From an uncultured bacterium (GTDB lineage: Bacteria; Patescibacteriota; Minisyncoccia; Phycocordibacterales; Phycocordibacteraceae), in contig CAVXAH010000001.1 of the NCBI GenBank assembly GCA_963759775.1, positions 104,787 through 142,681 of the forward strand: 37,895 nt of DNA, in the 5' to 3' direction. The notes below the pieces were generated by a model, which searched no databases, was not told the DNA's origin, and saw only the letters and a list, made by a program, of their open reading frames with translations. Positions 32,234 through 37,895 of this stretch are shown here, in pieces. The translations under genes were made by a program, and so were the position numbers. Each line of letters begins with the position of its first letter. Position 1 is the stretch's first letter.

Positions 32234-33142
32234 ATGGACTATAAAAATGTACCCGACTTCTTGAAGCATCTTTTGGTCGGAGAAAAGGTTCTTGCAGGAA
32301 GTTTCGTTCTCGTGTCAGCGGCGCTTGGTGGCGGCGCATGGTATGGCTATACAGCGCTTGATGCGAAAATCACCCTCCTTGATTCCGAGGTGGCTTCAAC
32401 CACCGCACTTCTCCAAGCTGCCCTCGCCGAAACCACAAGTACGCTTCAGAGCACGCTTGAGCAAGAAAAACAAAACATCAAGAACCAGCTTGGTGATTTT
32501 GAAGACCAAGTAGACGACGTTGCTGACTCAGTGGGCACTCTGGAGAAACTCGCCAAGACCGACCCAGAACTGCTCGCAAAATATTCAAAAGTCTTTTTCC
32601 TCTCCGAAAACTATGCACCGGCGCGACTCTCTCTCATTCCGACCGATCTCACCTACTCCGAGCAAAAGCCGATGCAGATTATCCCTCAGGTCCTACCCTT
32701 CCTCACGAAGATGATTGCTGCGGCAAAAAGGGACGGCGTGACGCTCTATGTCTACTCGGCATATAGGTCGTTTGCCACACAAGAGGCGCTCAAGGGTCAG
32801 TACAGCGTCACCTACGGCGCAGGGAGCGCAAACCAGTTCTCGGCAGACCAGGGGTATTCCGAGCATCAGCTCGGCACGACGGTTGACTTTATGACCACCG
32901 GAATCGGAGGCTCGCTTAGTGGTTTTGAAAATACGCCTGCCTTTGTATGGCTTACGAAAAATGCATACCGATACGGCTTTATACTCTCCTATCCAAAAGG
33001 CAACGCCTTTTATGTGTACGAACCGTGGCATTGGCGCTTCGTGGGCGAAGACCTCGCTCGTGACCTCAGAGATAAAGGCAAAAACTTCTACGATCTTGAT
33101 CAGCGCACGATAGACTCCTACCTCGTCTCAATTTTTGATTGA
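32234..33142 (+). CDS. D-alanyl-D-alanine carboxypeptidase family (peptidase M15B / VanY-like)
   Basis: An N-terminal anchor and coiled coil precede the motifs SAYRSF, SEHQLGTTVDF and EPWHWRFVG. Confidence 0.78.
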   Translation: MDYKNVPDFLKHLLVGEKVLAGSFVLVSAALGGGAWYGYTALDAKITLLDSEVASTTALLQAALAETTSTLQSTLEQEKQNIKNQLGDFEDQVDDVADSVGTLEKLAKTDPELLAKYSKVFFLSENYAPARLSLIPTDLTYSEQKPMQIIPQVLPFLTKMIAAAKRDGVTLYVYSAYRSFATQEALKGQYSVTYGAGSANQFSADQGYSEHQLGTTVDFMTTGIGGSLSGFENTPAFVWLTKNAYRYGFILSYPKGNAFYVYEPWHWRFVGEDLARDLRDKGKNFYDLDQRTIDSYLVSIFD

Positions 33143-33520
33143 CTCGCGAAGCATTCCTTGAACTGACTCAACAATGTTTTCAATGGAGGTATCTGCCTTT
33201 ACTAAGTAGTGATGTACCGTTTGGCTCATTGCTGAGTTTACATGAGCAAGGTCATCGGCATTCGTGAGCATAAGTATTTTTGCGGTTTTTCCCCACGCGT
33301 CCTCACGAAGACGTTTTGCCATTTCAATACCGTTCATCTTCGGCATCATGATATCAAGCACAATGACATCTGGGTGTTCGCGAAGTGCGATTTGGAGCCC
33401 TTCTTCTCCATCTTTTGCTTCAAGCACAGTAAACCCTTCTTTCATAAACGTGTCTCTTAGTGCGTTTCTTTGGGGCGCGTCATCTTCTACCGTCAAGACC
33501 TTTTTTGAAGTTTGATTCAT
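33128..33520 (-). CDS. response regulator, receiver domain only
   Basis: The sequence has VLTVEDD, the phospho-acceptor context DVIVLDIMMPKMNG and KILMLT. Confidence 0.85.
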   Translation of the reverse strand: MNQTSKKVLTVEDDAPQRNALRDTFMKEGFTVLEAKDGEEGLQIALREHPDVIVLDIMMPKMNGIEMAKRLREDAWGKTAKILMLTNADDLAHVNSAMSQTVHHYLVKADTSIENIVESVQGMLRESIKN

Positions 33521-33526
33521 AGAAAA

Positions 33527-33925
33527 TTAATCTTCTGTTTGTTGCAGTGATTTTCTAATTTCAGCAATAATGTCATCAAGTCTATTCTCGGCTTTGACAA
33601 AATATTTGTTCACGCCGAAACGGATGTAGGACTGCACTTTCTCTGGGCTTGCCGTGTTTGATACCACAAATACGGGAATGTCCTTCCAGCGTCCGTCGGA
33701 AGCCTTCAGTTTCATCACCAGGTCAAGACCGTTCTCTTTTCCAAGTAGATAGTGGTCAAGCCAAATCGCATCAATAACAACTTCCCCTTTGAGGTAGTCC
33801 AGTGCCTGTTCCACCGAGCGAGCCGTCACGACCTCAAAATCATTCTTCTTTAGCTTGAGTGCAATAGCGTCGGCGAGGGGGCGCTCATCTTCAACGACGA
33901 GAACCGTTGGGTTGTGACTGGACAT
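33527..33925 (-). CDS. response regulator, receiver domain only
   Basis: The sequence has VLVVEDE, IDAIWLDHYL and IPVFVVSN. The start is taken at MSSHNPT. Confidence 0.8.
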   Translation of the reverse strand: MSSHNPTVLVVEDERPLADAIALKLKKNDFEVVTARSVEQALDYLKGEVVIDAIWLDHYLLGKENGLDLVMKLKASDGRWKDIPVFVVSNTASPEKVQSYIRFGVNKYFVKAENRLDDIIAEIRKSLQQTED

Positions 33926-33944
33926 AAGTAATGTTGGTGTGAAT

Positions 33945-34193
33945 TTACGCGGTAATGGCGCGAATGCGGCCTTCGGCCTCACTTACCATATTTTTATCTT
34001 GCGTGAGAAGGCCGAGCGAGATGCGTACCGAGTCAGCAAGCTTGCTGACATCCTCTTTGGTGAGATTCTCAGGACTCTTGCTGTTAAAGTGAAAGCTTAT
34101 TTGTCTATCGATAAACCGTTTAGAGGCCGGGCCCAAGTAATCTTGAGTAACCGTAATGAGCTGTTCGTAGTAGGAAGCCATAATAGTTATCAT
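33945..34193 (-). CDS. hypothetical protein (82 aa)
   Basis: The ORF is tightly packed between the membrane protein and the receiver genes. Confidence 0.4.
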   Translation of the reverse strand: MITIMASYYEQLITVTQDYLGPASKRFIDRQISFHFNSKSPENLTKEDVSKLADSVRISLGLLTQDKNMVSEAEGRIRAITA

Positions 34194-35155
34194 GCGCTTT
34201 CAAGTTTACCGAGCTCGCGCGCACCCTGTGCGATAAACAAATAACCCACCGCGATGGCCGCAAGAAGCGCGTAAATAATGATTAGGATTGTCGCAAGACT
34301 TGTGTGCGCGAAAAACGCTCCTGTCTGGGCAAGAATTTGAAGACCAACTGAAAGCAAAACGAGCGAGGTTACCCCTCTTGCTATTGCCCGAAACGCTTTC
34401 TGGTAGACAACCCCATGCACAAATCTCGAAAAGTGCCTGAGGTAAGAAACCGAAAGTAGTCCCACTATCCATACAATGATGTATGGCATCACGACACCAA
34501 CTAAAATCCAGAAATCGGAACCTAGGTAGTAGGCTGGGCGCGTAACGCCCTCTGTTGTTGGAACCAATCGGTCCGGGTTGTTAAACAAGAAAAATGCATA
34601 TATACCCGCAAAGAAAACACCGGTAACACCCGAAATCACGACCGCTTTCGAAACAAGAAAATGTTCTGGTATGAGCGTAATGAGTCTTTTCCCACCAACG
34701 AGGAAGAAAATAAAAGCAATGAATGAGAATCCGATGGAGCTATAGAGATTCACAGTTGTTACTATGCGCTGAATATTTTCTTCGTTTGGAAAGTAGGCTT
34801 CCAGAAGTCCGACGTAGGAGGGTAAAACAAGACCGGCAATGAGTACGGAGAGTCCAAGTCCGATTGCGTGGAATCCAGAGGCTTCCGGCGATCCAGAAAT
34901 ACTCTTTGTATATTGCCAAAATCGGAATGTCCCGTAGAAAAGTGCGCCCCAAAGAATAAGAATGGGTATCTGAAATGAAATCCGAATGAGGTATATTTCC
35001 GTCGGAGAAAGGTCGTATCTTGCCGACCCAACCGGATCGATGGGCGCCACCATACCCGCAACCGCATACACCCCCCACGCAAGAAAGAGCCAAGGGAGAA
35101 ACGCGTATGTTTTACTTGTTCGTGGTGATGCGAGATCCTCGGTTGTGGTTATCAT
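34190..35155 (-). CDS. multi-pass integral membrane protein (about 8 TM helices)
   Basis: 321 aa and strongly hydrophobic throughout. I recognise no family. Confidence 0.55.
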   Translation of the reverse strand: MITTTEDLASPRTSKTYAFLPWLFLAWGVYAVAGMVAPIDPVGSARYDLSPTEIYLIRISFQIPILILWGALFYGTFRFWQYTKSISGSPEASGFHAIGLGLSVLIAGLVLPSYVGLLEAYFPNEENIQRIVTTVNLYSSIGFSFIAFIFFLVGGKRLITLIPEHFLVSKAVVISGVTGVFFAGIYAFFLFNNPDRLVPTTEGVTRPAYYLGSDFWILVGVVMPYIIVWIVGLLSVSYLRHFSRFVHGVVYQKAFRAIARGVTSLVLLSVGLQILAQTGAFFAHTSLATILIIIYALLAAIAVGYLFIAQGARELGKLESA

Positions 35156-35243
35156 CTTTAATTATTATAGGTTTTAGTAGGGATTCCCTCTACGAAGTAT
35201 ACGGCATCTTGCCCGCACTTCGTTTGGAGTGCGTGGACAGCTT

Positions 35244-36580
35244 TCACGACCCAAGGGACTTCGTTCCCTCTTTCTTTCGCATACCTTCAAGCGGCAGAAA
35301 GGCGGTAAAGGTCGTCCCTTTATTCTCTTCGGAAGTAAACGAAACGCCGCCCCCCGCCTGCTCAAGGATTGATTTGACAATATAGAGACCAAGTCCGGTT
35401 CCATCAGTTTCCTTAGTGCGTACGTTGTCGGCACGGTAGAGCTTCGTAAATATCTTCCCCACCGCGTCTTTGGGGATGCCGTAGCCGGTGTCGGAAACTA
35501 CAATCTGTAGTCTTTTGTCTCCTTTTTCTCCCATCACACTCTCAACCCGGAGGGTTACGTGTCCTTCGGGGGGGGTGTATTTAACCGCGTTTGAAACAAG
35601 ATTTTGGAAGATGATGCGCATGCAAAATTTGGATCAACGCTCATGGTGGGGATGTGTTTCCGCATAGAACTCTCGGAGATCCATTTTGCGCTCGAAAATC
35701 TTCGGCTCAAGCTCAAGCACTACTTCCTTTGCAATTTTTAATTATGTCTGTTGGTTTTGGATCAATAGCAAAAGTGCCAAGTTCAAGGCGTGAGACGTTG
35801 AGAAGTGTAGTCACAGAGTTTTACCATTCGTTCATTTCCTTTGTATATCTCTTCTACATATTTTTTCTGCTTCATCCGTTAGCGTTCCCGCGTCCCCTGC
35901 CGTAAGCATTTCTGCATACCAGTTGATCGTTGAGAGTGGGGTTCGAAGTTGATGGGAAGCGAGCGACACAAATTCACTTTTCACGCGATCAATTTCCCTC
36001 TCTTGGGTTACATCACGAAAAATCTGTATAGCTCCAACAAGTTCCCCCTTAAGGAGGATGGGCGTAACCGTAACCGAAGCGGCAAAGCGTGTCCCATCTT
36101 TCCGAACAAAATAAGGCGGTTCTCGCGGGTTACTCACGATCGCCTTTCTTTCCGTAAGTGCTCGCGAAATGAGTCGCTCTTCATCTGGTATTGGTCTGCG
36201 GTCCTCATGCTCGGCGTGAAAGACTCTGTAGCCTTTCCCCCTATGGATTCACCCTCTTTTATTCCAAGCATAGCGCCTGCGGAAGGGTTTATGAGTGTTA
36301 TGTTTCCCTCTTTATCAACCGCAACAAGTCCCTCTCCGATACTTGCAAGCAGTGCGTCATCTTTCGCTTTTGCTGAGGCAAGCTCCTCCTGTTCATCCTT
36401 AAGCGAAACGAGCAGATCGCGAGCCACCGCCTTTGTTTCCTCAAGTTCGTGCAACTGTTTTTCAAGTTCCCCTTCAAGCGTTTTTCTCTCAACGGTTTCC
36501 ACTATCGCTCTACGTTCTTTTTCGGAAAGAGCGGATAAAGAAAGATCATTTGTTTTGGCATCTTTACTCATAACCGGCAA
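35244..36580 (-). pseudogene. PAS-HisKA-HATPase sensor histidine kinase, fragmented by multiple frameshifts
   Basis: The coiled coil and PAS N-terminal part lie in 36134..36580. The PAS C-terminal part and the H-box SLASHQLRTPL lie in 35832..36137+. The dimerisation/linker segment is spread over three or more frames in 35622-35860. The N, G1 and G2 boxes lie in 35244..35621. Confidence 0.75.
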
Positions 36581-37256
36581 ATTCTTCCGCCAAAAATAAG
36601 TTACGGGGAATCCCTTGTCTTACTGACGCTTTTCTTACTTCGTCTACAAAACCTGGAGAGCCAGCAACATACCATCGTGCACCAGTGAGCATTCCTAAGT
36701 GTGGTGACAGAGACTCTTCATAAAAAGGAGAGAAAATGGGGTTTACGGAAAGAAGTGGGTTGTGAGAAGCCATTTCTCTTAGTGTAGCAAGGTATGGGGT
36801 ATTTTCTGGTGTCTGATTATAATAAAAAAGGATAAGTCGGCGAGGACTCTTCCTCGCGCTCGCTTCACGTATCATGCTCATAAAGGCAGTAATACCTATG
36901 CCTCCTGCCACAAATGCATGGAGGAGAGTATCTTCTGGAGAAAAAGTAAACGCGCCCTTCGGTCCCTGCACTTCAACGAGCGTCCCCAGAGGAAGAGACA
37001 GTAGCTTTTGTTTGAATGGACTTTGCGAAACACGCATTGCGATGCGGAGTGTTTCCTTCTCGTGCGGAGCAGACGCGATAGAAAAATCATGACGCTGGTC
37101 CACAAGAGACTCCGTTTCAAGGCCGGGCATTGTGATGCTTACATATTGACCCGCTTGAAAAGGAAAGGTGACTTGATTTATTCCAAAAGAAACCTCAAAG
37201 GTATCCTTTGCGATTTCGTGGCGAGCCAGAAGAGGCACCCGAATCGTGGAGACCAT
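36564..37256 (-). CDS. ferredoxin-NADP reductase-like FAD/NAD(P)-binding oxidoreductase
   Basis: The RHDFSIAS motif is of the RxYS type and AGGIGITAF is the NAD-binding motif. The ORF is 230 aa. Confidence 0.72.
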   Translation of the reverse strand: MVSTIRVPLLARHEIAKDTFEVSFGINQVTFPFQAGQYVSITMPGLETESLVDQRHDFSIASAPHEKETLRIAMRVSQSPFKQKLLSLPLGTLVEVQGPKGAFTFSPEDTLLHAFVAGGIGITAFMSMIREASARKSPRRLILFYYNQTPENTPYLATLREMASHNPLLSVNPIFSPFYEESLSPHLGMLTGARWYVAGSPGFVDEVRKASVRQGIPRNLFLAEEFAGYE

Positions 37257-37277
37257 GTAGAAATCCGCACGCGTGTA

Positions 37278-37748
37278 TTATCGAGTAACGCTCACGGTTG
37301 CACCCTGTTCTGCGGCAACCGCACATACGGTCACGCGTCCGTTTCCGTTTTTGGCAATGCGGTAGCCCGTGCCGTTTGTGGTCGTAGCTCCCGAAGGGTC
37401 GTTCGGAACAGAAACGATATATTTCTGATTGAGCGTGAGCACCGAGAGATCAACAAGGCTCGTGCAACTTGCGGCTCCGGTTGCGCAGATTTCATTCGTC
37501 GCTGTTGTTGCACATGTAGAGCTGGCGATGCCTGTAGGAAGCGTGCCGTTATTGTCTATGGCGTACTGGTAGGTTGCATTCAAAATAGTATTTACGTCCG
37601 CCTTGCGCTGAGCGTTTCGTGTATCACCGAGTTGTTTTGAGGGGTTAATGGCAAGAATAACGATGCCGGCAAGGATACCGATGGCCGCAACAACAAGCAA
37701 GATTTCTATAAGAGTAAAGCCACGATTTAAACGCGAGATAATTTTCAT
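37278..37748 (-). CDS. type IV pilin / pseudopilin with a prepilin N-terminal methylation motif
   Basis: The leader MKIISRLNRG is followed by FTLIEILLVVAAIGILAGIV. Confidence 0.85.
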   Translation of the reverse strand: MKIISRLNRGFTLIEILLVVAAIGILAGIVILAINPSKQLGDTRNAQRKADVNTILNATYQYAIDNNGTLPTGIASSTCATTATNEICATGAASCTSLVDLSVLTLNQKYIVSVPNDPSGATTTNGTGYRIAKNGNGRVTVCAVAAEQGATVSVTR

Positions 37749-37895
37749 AAGTATAATTCAGCAGTTATTAATATGATGATAGCACTAATTTGCGACCTCT
37801 TGCCATGAACTCACCACTATCTGTGGATTGATTGTCGTGATGGTAACACGCATCTTTCTTACGACCGTGCCAACCGTCCCAACCGCATCAACCGT

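Noticed and set aside
35868-35885. A near-match to the element terminus (TTCATCCGTTAGCG) lies inside the histidine kinase.
   Set aside because: It lacks one C and has no partner repeat. It also encodes the expected kinase residues (..TLTDEAE..), so it is most likely a coincidence.
1-37895. The organism might use an alternative genetic code with UGA recoded, as in some CPR lineages.
   Set aside because: TGA terminates ORFs at the expected ends, for example in the glutaredoxin-like gene, GIY-YIG copy 2 and the 100-aa ORF. Long conserved genes contain no in-frame TGA.

Overview
The 37.9-kb window looks like a chromosomal segment from a small-genome Patescibacteria/CPR (Parcubacteria-like) bacterium. 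That assignment is an inference from gene content: compact genes, a type IV pilin, tail-fibre-like surface proteins and an intron-split tRNA. The standard genetic code applies. Recognisable genes are mreB, murA, def-fmt, hpf, a DUF167 gene, a glutaredoxin-like gene, tsaC, a MacB/FtsX + HlyD exporter, an ECF sigma factor followed by small envelope-stress membrane proteins (GlsB x2, DUF4342, YggT), a cold-shock protein, a PLD/cardiolipin-synthase-like enzyme, an FAD oxidoreductase, a CaCA exchanger, a DUF475/TerC-like membrane protein, an AlkA-like glycosylase, a VanY-type peptidase, two receiver proteins, an FNR-like reductase and a pilin. The main finding is a family of five elements with the termini T-CCCGTTAGARAT ... 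ATYTCTAACGGG. Two copies (about 277 bp) encode a small GIY-YIG nuclease. Three copies (113-116 bp) are MITE-like. Every copy sits exactly on a host start codon, is flanked by an ATGAN direct repeat, and has the same orientation relative to the host gene. Every copy is also open for translation from the upstream duplicated ATG to a stop that overlaps or lies 4 nt before the host ATG. This suggests a start-codon-targeting selfish element that borrows host initiation signals and passes translation back to the host gene by coupling. I do not know of a described equivalent. Other notable items are a tRNA-Asn(GUU) split by a 225-nt IC3-type group I intron, tRNA 3'-end repeat units downstream of it, a duplicated surface-protein gene carrying an mreB 3' remnant, a pair of paralogous 87-aa secreted proteins with a conserved leader, a tandem hairpin repeat, and several frameshifted genes (a histidine kinase with at least five shifts, a sugar dehydrogenase, a YdeI-like gene, and GIY-YIG copy 1). 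No database searches were possible. Hand-derived coordinates may be off by 1-2 nt.
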